Positions 13,975-27,480 of a stretch of 64,000 bases of DNA are shown here, one piece after another (position 1 is the first letter of the stretch; each line of letters starts with the position of its first letter). Origin of the DNA: Euprymna scolopes (Eukaryota); the NCBI GenBank assembly GCA_053919585.1, contig CM132804.1; one strand, given 5' to 3'. The notes below the pieces were generated by a model. The model did no database searches, was not told the DNA's origin, and saw only the letters and a program-made list of their open reading frames with translations. The translations under genes were made by a program, and so were the position numbers.

Positions 13975-16900
13975 ATAAATATATATATATATATATATAT
14001 TTAGTTCCTGTAGCTATAATCGAAACCGAAACCAAAACTTAGATTTTTTGATAAATTATATATGAACAAAATAGATTACTAAGGGGCCATCAGCTAAAAT
14101 TCAAACCAAAACCAAGAATTCTTGATCAAATTATTTAAAAACATAGATTATTGAATTGTCATTTGCTATAATCGAAACCGAGCCAAAATTATGTAGAATT
14201 CTTTGTAAAATCATTTATAAAACAATTAAAAAAACTTTAACACCATCACCTATAATCGAAACCGAAACCAAAACTTATAAAGACTTTTTGGTAAAATTAT
14301 TTATTACAAGAAATGGAAGTAAATAACAATTATACGACCGGATGTAAGCGTGACACAGAACATAACATACACCCTATCGTATTAATTAGTCCTCGTTCGA
14401 AAGAGCAGGACACAAAATGTTTTAAATAATAATAATAATAATATTAATAATAATAATACTAGAATAACAATAACAAAGTCTTTCGCAGGCGAGGACTACT
14501 ATTGAGCGTAACCAGTTATACACTCCTTTTGAAAATGTTATCTCTATTTTTCTCGTTATATACTGAATATTTGTTAATGAAACCTATATGAAATATGTTC
14601 TATTTTAAATTTTAAAGATTTTCTATCCTGAAAGAAGTTTGAAAAATTGTAATCTAAAAAGTTATTTTAAAGTTTTTGTTAAAAAAATCAGATTTTCTCA
14701 TTATTCAGACCTGTATTACAAAGAGGGGGTTGCAAAAATGATATGTGGTGTGAGGAGAAATACAAACTGAAACAGAGAGGATATTCAGACCAGTAATAAT
14801 ACAAAAGGGGGGCTGTAAAAATGAATTGTGGTGTGAGGAGAAATACAATCTGAAATAGAAAGAAGGAGAGTTTTAAAATATAATCTTAAAAAGATAAGAT
14901 ACAAGTTAGAAAAGAATTTCATCCAAGGCATGAAAATTGTTAAACAAAATGTGTTTACTATAGGCTTTAAAAATAAAGGTACAATATTCAATTTGAAATT
15001 TACTTATCTTCAATCTTTTATAAATTTTACAAAGTAAGGTATAAATCTTTAATTTAAACTGAATAAAAAAATTACCTTGGATTTATTTTATGTACTGTAC
15101 ATTTTGGTGCACTTTAAAAACATTATATTTCATCTAACAATTAATGATATAGATATAAAATTTTCCATGATTTTTTTAAGTGTAATGTTGTATTGTTATA
15201 TATGGTTGCACTTCCATCTTTGTACAGGTCTTTTGATCGTCTATGGAGAGATTTGTTCTGTTTTTCTATTATTCTCGTATATATTTGGTATTGTTAATAA
15301 AGATTGCAGAGGGTTATTAGATTTGGAATATTTTGTAAAGTTTAGAATGATTCTCGTTTGTTTTAGTAGCCAGGAATGTATTCTGGAAATTTAAATTTGT
15401 GAATGTTGTTTTGTGTATTAGACAGGGTTTTGCATATTAACTATTTTAAATTTATTGTTCTGAAATCCATGTATATCTCCTAATTGGGTAAACAGTTGAA
15501 TCTGTAATAAATACTGAAGCAATAGTTATTACATGTTAGAATTCTATACTTTCTCTTTTTCTTTAGTAGAGTTCAATTATTGAAGGGCATAGCTCAACAA
15601 AAACGTAATTACAGTGTACATGAAAATCACTATGTTTTACTATCTAAAAAACAACGCCACGATGTTGTTTTCCACAGATATACAGTACTAGAAAATGATA
15701 TTTTGTCCTGAAATTTCTGAGTACGTGTTGCAAATATTCTGAGTTTTAGCATAGAATGGGGCTCAGTCGAACACCTACTATAAAATAAAAAATATAGCAG
15801 AGATAGCCTCACCAGATCTCTTCTATCAAACAGAGAAATTTCATGCAATTCTATGCGTGGGAGATGCATAGAAATATAGATAACTTATATTACACCTGAT
15901 ATGCAATCACTTATTTTCTACTTAAAGTGTCCTAAGCTCGTGACTGAGACACTTATTTTTTTCGTTGACTTCAGTTTTGAAGCTTTTAAGTGTCACTCCA
16001 ACTTCCTTACACAATATTGTTCCTCGTTATGCAACAAACCGAATATTTATTACTTGTCACATATTGCCGTAAACAACCCAAAAGTGAATTTGTTTTAATT
16101 TTTCAAATTCCATCGGTCACTCTATAATATTCCTTCAATACACTGCTTTAATTAATAGAGCCCGTTCTTTTATCAGTAACTCTACAAAATATATTAAAAA
16201 TAACACGCTTAATCTGAAACAAAAAAAGCCGAAAAAGAAGTTGATCTGAGACAAATAAAAATGCCGTAACATATTTATTTTATTTCTTTTAAAATCTCAT
16301 TATAAACAGTACAGTTTCAAACCGCCTATTCTTCCGCAATTATCTCCTATCATTGTGCTTGTTTTGTGCGAAGTCTAATAGAATGCACTCTAATGAACGC
16401 ACAGTACTCGTGCCCTCTTGACTTACATACAACTGACTATGTCGACAAGCAGCAAAAAATCACCCCTATACTCTAATGGCCATCTAGATCGGGGGGAAAA
16501 TTCTATCCTAATCGTTTCTTTTCTCAGGATTCAGGACATTGTAATTGCTTGCTTCTTTCGTGCTTCCCTAACCGTACAAATTTACAAACATTTAAATAGG
16601 CTGCTTACTTCCCCTCAACCTCATAGTATACATGATACTAAATTGAAGCCACTTACGCTCAACCTATTATATGCTGTGTTTAGGATAAAACTGAATAAGG
16701 CTGTATAGTTTTTAAGTAGCGTCAATGTACGTTATGGCGTTCGAACCCCCTGTATTATGTATGTACTTATTTATGCTTGAAGGTATTTACAAGTTAGTGT
16801 TGTATTTATTAACAAGTATTATGTCCTTTTTTTCTAATATTTTCAGATCTAAATCATTGAGACATTACTACACATTTACATTATCCATTCTCATAGATGT

Positions 16901-17143
16901 TTTTACCCTCAGAAGTTCTTCATCATAATATGTATATATTTCAAACCACCTGATCCGGCATGAGACATGTTCTGTGGAAGCAATTCTGCACAAATCCTTG
17001 TATTTTATTTAAAAACTTATCTTTGGATACTATTATGTAATATGATTCAACGGTTCAAATATTACATCTCATGGATTTACTAGGTTTATATTTCTCGGCT
17101 CTACAAAATTTGGATCATTTCACGTAATATTCCGCGTTCATAA

Positions 17144-17376
17144 TGTTGAAGACGCCACTCCATGTCATGAAGTCACTTCCTCTGGTCACTTCCGGTAACG
17201 AGTACCGGTGCCCGGCAGTCAGAGATTGGTACGTGGCTAAGCAGGTCGTGTGGAAACGCCAGGAGTTGAGGAATGGTATTGCTCAACCCGCCTTGCCTGT
17301 AATATATATGAATATATTGTTTGTTTCTAAGAGTCCTGTGTTCCTCTCGTTTTTATTACCATTTAACACCATAACA
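17144..17376 (+). mobile_element. Solo LTR (233 bp) with 5-bp TSD, BEL/Pao-like termini
   Basis: TGTT...AACA termini flanked by perfect CATAA/CATAA (17139-17143, 17377-17381); higher GC than the flanks. Confidence 0.75.
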
Positions 17377-17852
17377 CATAATAGATAATTTTATTACCAG
17401 ATCAGTTGAGTTCCTATTAGAATCTTTGCCAGGTCACCTAAATGATGATGTTTCTAAACATTTTCCCTAATTTGCAATCAGTGTTCGTTACTACCTTATT
17501 GCTCTATTCATTTCAATAATATCGCATTCGAAATTAATATAAAAAATAAAACATTTTTTAAAATAACATTCATCTGTGTGACAAATAAATTAGCGGTTCT
17601 CTCTCAAGGTCCTGGTTAGCATATATCCAACTCTCTGTAATTATACTATTTATTTTCTATTAATCGTTGAAGCTAAGTTAATAATTGTGGGAAATAAAAA
17701 TTTCATTGTATTTGTGTAGAAATTGTTAGAGGCTGGAAGGAATTTTATCAAGCCCCAGTTAAACACATTAAATGTATTACTAAGTATGTGTTTACTGTAA
17801 TGCGGACTGCACCATATCGAATTTCTACATTTCTTTTGGTTCCCAAAAGTTC

Positions 17853-18070
17853 TAATTTAATTGCTACCCCACGCGTACAGAGTAAGGCTCTAGGTCAGTT
17901 TTTAGTGTGGGGAAAATCAAGCTTCCCAAAAAGGGACACTCTGGATAGAAACACAAATTAAAATTTGTGTTAGGCATGAAGCATTTCCCTTCCACTAATA
18001 GAAGACATGAATGGTAACATGAAGCATCAGAACAGATGCTACACTGTGATCTTGGCCCAAAAACCACATG
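17853..18070 (-). mobile_element. Dispersed U2-snRNA-headed repeat (subfamily B)
   Basis: Minus strand ggccaagatcacagtgtagcatctgttctgatgc...tggaagggaaatgcttcatgc...ccccacactaaaaactgacc...gggtagcaattaaatt, matching 54500-54681 and 55967-56075. Confidence 0.75.
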
Positions 18071-18678
18071 GGCATTATTATTTGCACTGAGTAGCGCTTT
18101 GACATTAATAATTTCTTTTGTGACAGAGGATGTGTTTTTTATGCTAAATATACGTATGCAGTAAAACAAGTATACATTAACATAATAGACATCAAGTATT
18201 AAAAATGGTAGTAGCCAGCACTGTATGTCACCATATTACATACGTGGATTTCTCGTGTCAGTATTGCAAGCGGCTGACAATATTTTCTCTTCTGCAAACT
18301 CTCAATGAGGGCCAGAGAATCAAAGGCACCACGTGAAGGTGACGGGTCTTTATCTACTTACTAACCTCACTCTTTTATCTGATTCAAATGCCGTAACACA
18401 TAACATTTCCAGGTCACACGGTCAAAACCTATGGGGCCCAACACTGTATTTATCAAATCTTATCTCCAAGAAGGTACAATAATACACATCATCCTGAAAC
18501 TCATTAAAACAGGTTTACACTATCGGGTTAGTGAAAATTCGCTATCATAGCCGGACCAAAAAACGTATATATATATTTACCTTGGCTTTTTTTTTATTGG
18601 CCATAATGACACATTGTAAACGTGGCTATATATTTTTATTTATATTCCTATGAAGTAGAAGTTACCTTTATTTATATA

Positions 18679-20127
18679 TAAGCATTTCAGCCCGGCGTTG
18701 CTCGGGGGTTTAGAGGTGTATGTTAAGCAAAAAAAAAAAAAAAGTGGTCAATTTTTTTAAAAAGTTTGACCCCTATTAGGACCCCTTAACATTTATAGTC
18801 TGGGGCTAAAATCAAGTTATTTAGTTAGATCCATGTTAATGAAACCTATCTCAAATTTCAAGTGTTTACACCCAAAATTAGCGGAGGAGTCGGGTAGAAT
18901 TTTCAAAGGTCAAATCGTTGAACTTTGACCCCTTAACAGGCAAATTTTCGACCGAAAACTGATTACAAAGATTTTCACAAATCTCAGTAACCTGTATATC
19001 AAATTTCGAATCTGTAGACTTAAAATTTACAGAGTTATTGCGTTGGAAAATGTACACACAAAGACACACACACAGACACATTGACGTTTATAGATGTACT
19101 AGCATTTCAGCCCGGTGTTGCCCGGGTGTTTGGAGGTGTATGTTGAGCAAAAAAAAAAAAGCGGTTAATTTTTTTAAAATTTGAAAGCTATTATGACCAC
19201 TTAACATTTATTGTTTTGGACTAAAATCAAGTTATTAAGTTAGATCCATGTCCATGGAACCTATATCGAAAATTTCCAGTGTGTAGACCCCAAATTGTCG
19301 GAGGAGTTTGGTAGAGTTCTCAAAGGTCAAATCGTTGAATTTTGATCCCTTAACAGCCAAATTTCTGGCCGAAACCTAATCACCAAGATTTCCCCAAATC
19401 TCAGTATCCGGTATATCAAATTTCGAGTCTTTGGACTTAAAATTGACAGAGTTATTGCGCAGAGCATGTACACACAGAAACACACAGACACACACACACA
19501 CAGACAAGTTCACTTTTATATCTATACTAGCATTTCAGCCAGGCGTTGCCCAGGTGTTTGGAGGTACATGTTGAGTAAAAAAAAGTGGTAGTAGGAAATG
19601 TCGAAATTTTAGGCAGACATGAAACATACATACATACATTTATATATTGGTAACCAACAATTTTCGACCCAAACCGATTAAAAATGCTTGACCTATCTCT
19701 GATTACCCTTTACGTAAAAGTTCAAATGTTTCAACCAGAAATTGTCTGAGTAATTAGGTAGAGACCGCAGAGAGCAATTTGTTTTTAAGTATTATGACCA
19801 CTTAACATTTATTGTTAGGGGCTTTATTAAGTTGGATCCATGTCCAAGGAACCAATATCTTAAATTCCAAGTATTTAGACCCCAAATTGTCGGAGGAGTT
19901 TGGTAGAGTTCTCACAGGTCAAATCGTTGAACTTTGACAACTTAACAATAATATTTCTGGCCGAAAACGAATTATAGAGATTATCTCCAACTCAGTACCC
20001 TGTATATCAAATGTCGCGCCTGTAGACTGAAAATTGCGGTGTTATTGCGTTGGAAAATGTACACAGACGCACAGACATACAGATACACAGACAGACACAC
20101 AGACACGTTCACTTTTATAGATATAGA
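18679..20127 (-). mobile_element. Head-to-tail triplet of non-autonomous Helitron family A
   Basis: Units begin at 18679, 19099 and 19527; on the minus strand each ends in a cccgggcaac(a/g)ccgggc hairpin, ~7 nt, then CTAG; the TCTAT-type start is clearest in unit 3. Confidence 0.8.
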
Positions 20128-20239
20128 TAGATAGATAGATAGATAGGTGTGTCTAGATTAATGCAATCAATAAAAGTATATCTTTATTTTATTTATTCAC
20201 ACGTTTAATATTTACGTAAATAAAAGTTTTATGTAGGTA

Positions 20240-20287
<48 letters not shown>

Positions 20288-20955
20288 GTATATATAATAT
20301 ACTGAGTTCGTGTAATTCAGTAAGTTTTCATATACCAATGAGTTTTAAGCCAGAAAGAGTTGACTTAAGGAGTAAGCTACAACATTACCCTATTTCATAA
20401 TTGAGCATTTATATAATCTGGAAGCAAAATTCAGACTTCAAACAGGGTGTTGCTGGCAACAAAAAGTGTATTTCATTTTACGTTACAATTGTTTGCATGT
20501 CCAGTCGAACAATTTCAAACATTATACCGTTTGAAAATTTTCCAAAACCAGCATTTCATCAGACTTTATGAATAAATACACTTTTGACAATAGAGCATTT
20601 TTGAAGAGAAAGGAAAAAGAAAAATTCCCTTAACGGGAAAAGCATGTGAGAAGCATTTACCTTTGCTGTAGTTACGGAAAAGTCCATTTAAGTATTAATA
20701 TATCGCCTAATTTTCGTATCTTTATTTAAGAACAGTCATGAGAAGCTTTCAAAGATAACCCTAAGCTATTAAAAAAAATCATATATCCTATTCGTTGTGT
20801 TCCTTAATTAGATATCACTGTTTCTTTATTTCCCAAACATTACTTTTTTTATAAAAAAGAGTTTTTAAATTTTTATTTCTATATTTACAGCGTAAAATAA
20901 AATACACTTCTATTGCCATCAAAACCCTGTATGAAGTCTTGATTTTGCCTCCACA

Positions 20956-21008
<53 letters not shown>

Positions 21009-21220
21009 TATGTATTGTTTCCTTCAGTCTTCATAGAGTATGCATACCCACTGTGAGGGTGCCTGCGCGTCAAATTTTGTTGGCAAATCTTGCGCAATCT
21101 CCAACAACACCACTCAAGAGTCGACATTGTCGAATACCAGTTGCAAGTGAAGGTTCAGGACGACTGGAAACAATGCCGAAATAAGCGGAAAGCACATACA
21201 GGTCCTCGAATTCCCAAGTA

Positions 21221-21292
21221 GCATAATCACGTTGACTCACCGATTCTCGTCAGATCACCGAAAGTAAGCAACGTTGAGCCTGGCCTAGTACC
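21221..21292 (+). pseudogene. 5S rRNA fragment (approx. nt 9-80), truncated before box C
   Basis: cataatcacgttgactcaccgattctcgtcagatcaccgaaagtaagcaacgttgagcctggcctagtac closely follows the invertebrate 5S consensus, then runs into (TA)n. Confidence 0.85.
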
Positions 21293-21295
21293 ATA

Positions 21296-21367
<72 letters not shown>

Positions 21368-22512
21368 GAAATTTAGCAATTTTAAAGTTTCAAATAAAGA
21401 GAATACAGTAAATTGTTAAGTTAGTTATAATTCATTAGAAAACTATAAAAATCAAGTCGATACAGGATTACAAGACAATAAAAGTTGTCTGTCTGTCCAT
21501 GCATCTTTTTCTCGGTAATTACCGGTTCGATCTGCGCAGTTTCGGTTTAACAAAGATTGATCATCACAATACCATAAGGTTTATTAGAAAATACCGACCA
21601 AAACTTGCCGGAGCTTTGGGTGAACCCACCTTTCTTATGATACGAGGCAAATACCTTAATATTATGTGCTCACTTTTTTCGAAGTTTTATGAATGGATCG
21701 AATGCTCTCTAGAAAATTAATCACAGTGTAAAAGTATTCCGACAGATTATACTGTTGTAGTTATTTAAATATTTCTTTAATATATATTGACTTCCTATCA
21801 AAGCCCAGAGATAACTGAAGAATAAGGGTTTAAAAGTATCACGTGAATTAAAGAGGTGATGGTCGGTGATTGGGGACTGTAGATGAATATTGATTTATTT
21901 AAGAGGATGGCTCATGAAGAATTTATGTATATCGAACTAAGGAAACAACAATGTTATAGTTTGTTTATTTGTTAGCACCACACACATGAGCACTTTTTGT
22001 AAAATGCTCCACTCCTGGAATTTCCGTTTCTAAAGCCCTTTAACCTGTCGTAACTTCGGAAATAATATATTGTATACAGAGAAAAATGGCATAGATGAGA
22101 TGTTGGCCAAGCCTTACGTTGGCAAACGAAGGACCTGCTTATCCTCCAGCTAAAATCATAAAGAATCTATCGAATGACTCATGCAGGTTATTGATGGCGA
22201 TTTTATATCGACAGATTAGTGGGGGTAAACGGAACCCTTATGTAGGAAATGTTATCATTTAGTTTTAAATTTCTCGTCTAGAAGTCACCGGAGGAGAATA
22301 CAATTTGTTAGAGATGAAAGGCAGTTAGTAGGAAATAATGTTACGTTGTAATTCTATGGATTGCCTATTTTGCTTTGTCGTGATTTTGAAAATATGCATT
22401 TTAATAAACAGTACGTATTTCTTAACAATCCGACGAACGTAGAAACAAATATTCTATAATATAAAAAAGGTGGCGAATCGGGCAAATTTAGAAAGAACGA
22501 ACCTAACTACCT

Positions 22513-22568
<56 letters not shown>

Positions 22569-23746
22569 TATAGAAATATTTTTAAAATAACGCATTTTTA
22601 CAAAATGCTTTAACATATGAAAACGCATATACGCACACTTTTTCTTTGTAAATATATTGATATATTGGTAACAGTATGTAAATGTATGTATATTCATAAA
22701 TACATGTGCATGCTCATATGTATATGCTTATTTATAGATGTTAATATATACATACATATTTATACATATATATATATATATATGTACGTATTTATTAGCA
22801 ATGAATGCCTATATATAAATATGTATGTATAGTTGAACGATTTGTGTATGATATATATATATAAAATTATAAAACTCAAATGACCTTGTAACGAGTGATC
22901 TAACCCACTTTCCGGTTTACGCCATCCGGTTGCTCATGCGCGCACAAATATTAACCCATAACAACGTAAACAAATAACACAAATCGCTTATTTTTCAGAT
23001 TTTGACCTATGCACTGAAATATTAACATTATTATTTCGAAATTAGTGTTTAACATAGGAAGAGTGGGGAGTTTTGCAACTATTCGTTACAACTATACTGT
23101 CGCTATTTTCTTACAACTAAACAACTTTAACCCGTTGACACACATAAGAACAATTATAGTAAAGCCAAGACTACTACTACAACTACTCCTTACCCGTCTT
23201 TTCTGTCCTTCCTTCTTTTTCATTTTTTGTTTACATTTCTAAATACAAAATAGTTGTGTAAGCACGGTGAATTTGTTGAATCATTTACTAATCTGTTTCA
23301 ATATTAGTTTTATTTTATTTATTTAGATTTTGTTTTTTTGCTTCAGGTTTTATTAATTATTATTTTTTCTTTTTAGATTTTAAATTTCTATAACTAGGTT
23401 GAAGGATTCCAATATGGGGTTTTCATCCTTATATTTCTCATCGGTAGGTTCATGTTCGTTTTTGCTGCTAAATTACTTTCGTCGGCGTTCGATTCGTAGG
23501 AAAATCATGTTTAATTTTCGATTTTTGAGCAATTATTCGGAAAAATAGTTAACTTTACACGAATAGGGGCGATTTTTTTTCATGTCTGAGTTATCCGTCC
23601 GTGATTTTTCATTTTGATATACTTTCATATAAATGTTTGTTATGTAAAAAAAAACAAACTATTTTCTTTACGTCACAAGTGTCACGCTCATACATAAATT
23701 CCATAGCTAATATAACATACTAACTCAACGGGCCACGGATAGTCTA

Positions 23747-23832
<86 letters not shown>

Positions 23833-24000
23833 GTCTACACATTATATAAATATATGTGACTGCGGCTATTTATTTTTATGTTATTCATTCGATCGAAATG
23901 AAAGTGCTTGTAATTAGTTCCTCTATATTCGTGTCTATGATTGAGAACTATAATAATAATATCAATAATAACAATCATAAAAAGAACAATGCATCCACTA

Positions 24001-24058
<58 letters not shown>

Positions 24059-25129
24059 ATCACGCATTCAATTTAACTTATCTGATGTAACTATCCGACT
24101 TCGCCAGCATCGAGCGTATTTCCTACAGGAAGTAAAGCTCCGTAATTATTTCCATCTCTGGCAGCATTACGCACTTACCATTATGTCTCCCTCTCCCCCT
24201 AAATCGCAACCATTTAAGGACAATGAGTCTGCGTAACTATGTTTCGATAAAATGTTCACGTCGCAGTGATGAAGTGATCTAAATGAGTCATTTGTTGTGG
24301 AAAGCGAAACTCCGAAAATACGCGACGTGTTCAGATTCTGCTGATTGAAAACCGTTTTACAAAACCATTATTAAATTTATTTTTTTAAATTCTTCACAAA
24401 ATTTCGTTTTTATCGTATGCTAACATTTATATCATCATGATAATTCTCTTGGTTTTTATGTCTGGCTGGTTAACATTTTCTCGTAAATTGCTGTGACCAT
24501 CGAACTGATCTTTTATGGAGCTAATTATGATGCGTTGCAGCTATCTAAGTAATATGGTTGTCGTTCCATACAGAGTTACGGATTAATAAGTATTAATTAG
24601 GATGAGTACACCATTCTACATTTACACTATAAGATTTCTCGAAAATTACTCAAACGATCTTGTTGAATTTTTGTATGGATTATAATAACTTGCAGAAAAC
24701 TAAGTATTATATTAATTATTGATTACTATATATTAATAAGTGATAATAGGGTTATTAACCACAATATTCCATATATGCTTACTGTTTCTCTAAAACTATT
24801 GAGTCGATCTGACTAAAATTTTGCAAGGACTTGTGTGAAAATATTCCTCACTGAGTTGAGTTATATTTTACCCGGTAAATACACATAATATGAAAGTCTA
24901 TAGACATACTTATTCCTATAGAATACACATGTTTTATGAGTGTAAACTATAACAAGTATATGTTCCATCCAGTTGCATAGTTTTACTTAATGCAATTTGG
25001 ACTTTACTTAATGGAGAAGAGCATATATTTTTGAAGAGACTACATGCAATTTGTACTTTACGAAAATGTACTAACATCTGAAGTATTGTTGCAACGCGAC
25101 CATTCAGTAATATGTAGGATTCTGTCACT

Positions 25130-25990
25130 TCTGGACTTATGCATTCACCGCTAGTCTCTCACCATTTCGGCAGGGTCCAAAAAGTGCCTACAGTCTAGTA
25201 GGTCCCGCACTATCAGCCAATATCATACCTCAGTCATCGACGAAACGCTAAGTTACTGTATCTGTTTTACAAATAGTTTAATAAAATATGTCTTGATGAA
25301 CCAATCGAATTTATGACCTTTCGACAGGAATAATTCCACCCCTTCATTATTGATGTTTTAAAGAATTAGGTATTAATAAGTATTAGTACTTAATGCGTAT
25401 GATTGCTTTATAGATCTACAAGATGCTGTTAAGTATGTGTAATTTTCTCGCACCATTTTCTTTAAACAATGTTTGGCAATGCTTTGTGTGTATGTGTTCC
25501 AATTAACGTTACACATTAAAATAGAGCCGATGAGATTTAACAAAGAGCTCATATGTAACACATTGTTATTCATGTAATCAAATACGTAATTTTAAATCGT
25601 AAATTTTAAAGGTTAAAACGAGACAACAAAAAACAACTTTGGATCGATTGATTTTTTAATGACTAAAGCCATAAAGTTTACGCTATCAGCGTCAATGCAT
25701 TTGCAATACCTGTAAGCATTCAATTTAATATTTTTAATCGGATCATCTTAGTGTACTAAATGTGTGTAAAAAGTAAACACACATAATGAAAAAAATGAAA
25801 TGTTTTAAGGCAATATTAAAAATGTTTAACTCAAGTACAGTCATTTAACATTACAATTTGACATATCATTGTCACAGTTTCCTATATCAGTGATTTCTTT
25901 CCCTAAACCATCGATTTGTGGAACTCTTTACCTGTGAACTGCTTCCACACATATATAAAAATGGTCTTTTCAAAATCTAAATTAAGGTAA
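25130..25990. mobile_element. Scrambled, highly decayed CR1-group LINE pieces (+ 25130-25330, - 25430-25560, + 25890-25990)
   Basis: cagtcatcgacgaaacgct (SHRRN), NWNTYTQSIAK and FFPKPSICG/LWNSLP-like segments match the LINE C-terminus seen elsewhere in the window. Confidence 0.55.
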
Positions 25991-26081
25991 AAGGGGCATC
26001 TAATGACGTGCCCATAATAATATTTCGGACTTACATTAAGTGGCTTCACGCTTTTTTATTTAATAATCTTTTTTATTACAT

Positions 26082-27280
26082 TTCCACCCCAAACAAGGCA
26101 TATTGTCACTTTGATGTAGGGGCTACTATCAGGGACATAAGCTACAGGGGTACTATGTGGGGAGTTGTGAAGCAAGATGTCGGTTCACCTTTCACTTGAA
26201 CTTTTGCATGTCAGCACAGTTGAGAAAGAAGGACCCCGGAAGGGAATTCCAAAGTCTAGTGGTTCTTGGGAAGAAACTACTGGAGTAGAAGGCTCTCTTA
26301 CATCTAGGGATCTCTACTGTGAAGGGGTGGGGTTAAGCTGCTTGTCGGGTTTATCGGGGGTATTTACGTCGAGGGGGTACAATTTATCGGAGCATTACCG
26401 TTAAAATACTTGTAGAACATGCAGATAGATGTTATGTTTCGTCGATGGGATATTTCGTCGATGGGACAGAGGCTGAAGCTTAGATGCCAGTTCAGGACCT
26501 ATCAGGTTGGCGACTCTCTTTTGAATCTTGTCTAGGAGCGAAAGACTAGTAGCAGATGCACCAGCCCAAATATAACAAAAATGCTCCATACACGGGCGAA
26601 TGGTGGCCTTATAGAGACACAGGACACTTTCGGGCGCTAGTAGCTTTCTAGCACGGTAGAGAGAACCTACCATCTTCGCGCGGTCCTGGCAATGCTCTCA
26701 ATGTAATTGTTTCAACTCATGTTTACTGTGAACGTTAGGCTGAGGAGTTTAAAAGATGTACTTCCAGATAAAGAGTCTCGGGTCATTGCTATTGGTGGCA
26801 GAGAAGGTTTCTTTTTAATTATTGAAGGAAACAAGTTTAGTCTTGGCAGCATTGAATGTGACCATCCATTTTGTCCCCATTCCACTACATATTGGAGGCC
26901 ACCCTCTAGTGTGTCTTCCATTTCTTTAGATATGTGTTAATTTTTTTTTACTGCTGTGTCTGATATAGAGCGTGGTGCCATCAGCATATATACCTATCTC
27001 ACATACAATTTTGTCAGGGAGGTCATTTATGAATATTAGGAATAATAGAGGCCCAAAGATAGACGCTTTGAGGCACTTCCGTATTTATATTATATTGTTT
27101 AGATGTACGGCCGTCAAGGAAAATCTTGATTTTTCTCTTATCAAAGAAGGATTTAATTATGTTAGGTATTCTTCCAGTTATACCGTATGATCCGATTTTC
27201 CTGAGAAGACCTTCATGCCATATCCTGTCAAAAACCTAGGTATATCTAGAGCTACCGCTCTACCCTCCCCTGATTTTTCC
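26082..27280 (-). mobile_element. CR1-group LINE 3' fragment incl. part of RT
   Basis: SIFGPLLFLIFINDL, IYADGTTLY, YKATIRPCMEHFCYIWAGA; same 3' UTR (caccccaaacaaggc) as 6170-6862. Confidence 0.9.
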
Positions 27281-27324
27281 AGTGAATGTAATAGTACGAC
27301 TTCGATAAAGTAAAACATAAAAAC

Positions 27325-27480
27325 AGTTATTATTGGGATTCATGAGACTACTGTTCTCATTTTGAGTGTCATTTCCAAAACGTCGATGTAACCTCCGACC
27401 TTCTTCAGGTATATCTTGTCGAACTTGGAAATGTTTCTGTCAAGCTCAGGAATTTGCACGGAATTTCAAACGGAACGCTT
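27325..27480 (-). repeat. Second copy of the hammerhead-bearing repeat at 32040-32230 (GAAA core deleted)
   Basis: Minus strand caagatatacctgaagaaggtcggaggttacatcgac-gttttggaaatgacac...agaacagtagtc matches 32113-32200. Confidence 0.75.

Larger units (their letters stand above)
13440..14390 (-). mobile_element. Helitron-like element (family C) with ~75-85-bp internal subrepeats
   Basis: ctag followed by a ccggcgtagccagg hairpin-like segment at 13440-13470; repeated gctataatcgaaaccgaaaccaaaactta at ~13607, 14012, 14091, 14165 and 14250. Confidence 0.45.

Noticed and set aside
14700-15600. Possible L1/Tx1-like ORF2 tail on the minus strand
   Set aside because: No clear RT or Zn-knuckle motif could be read.
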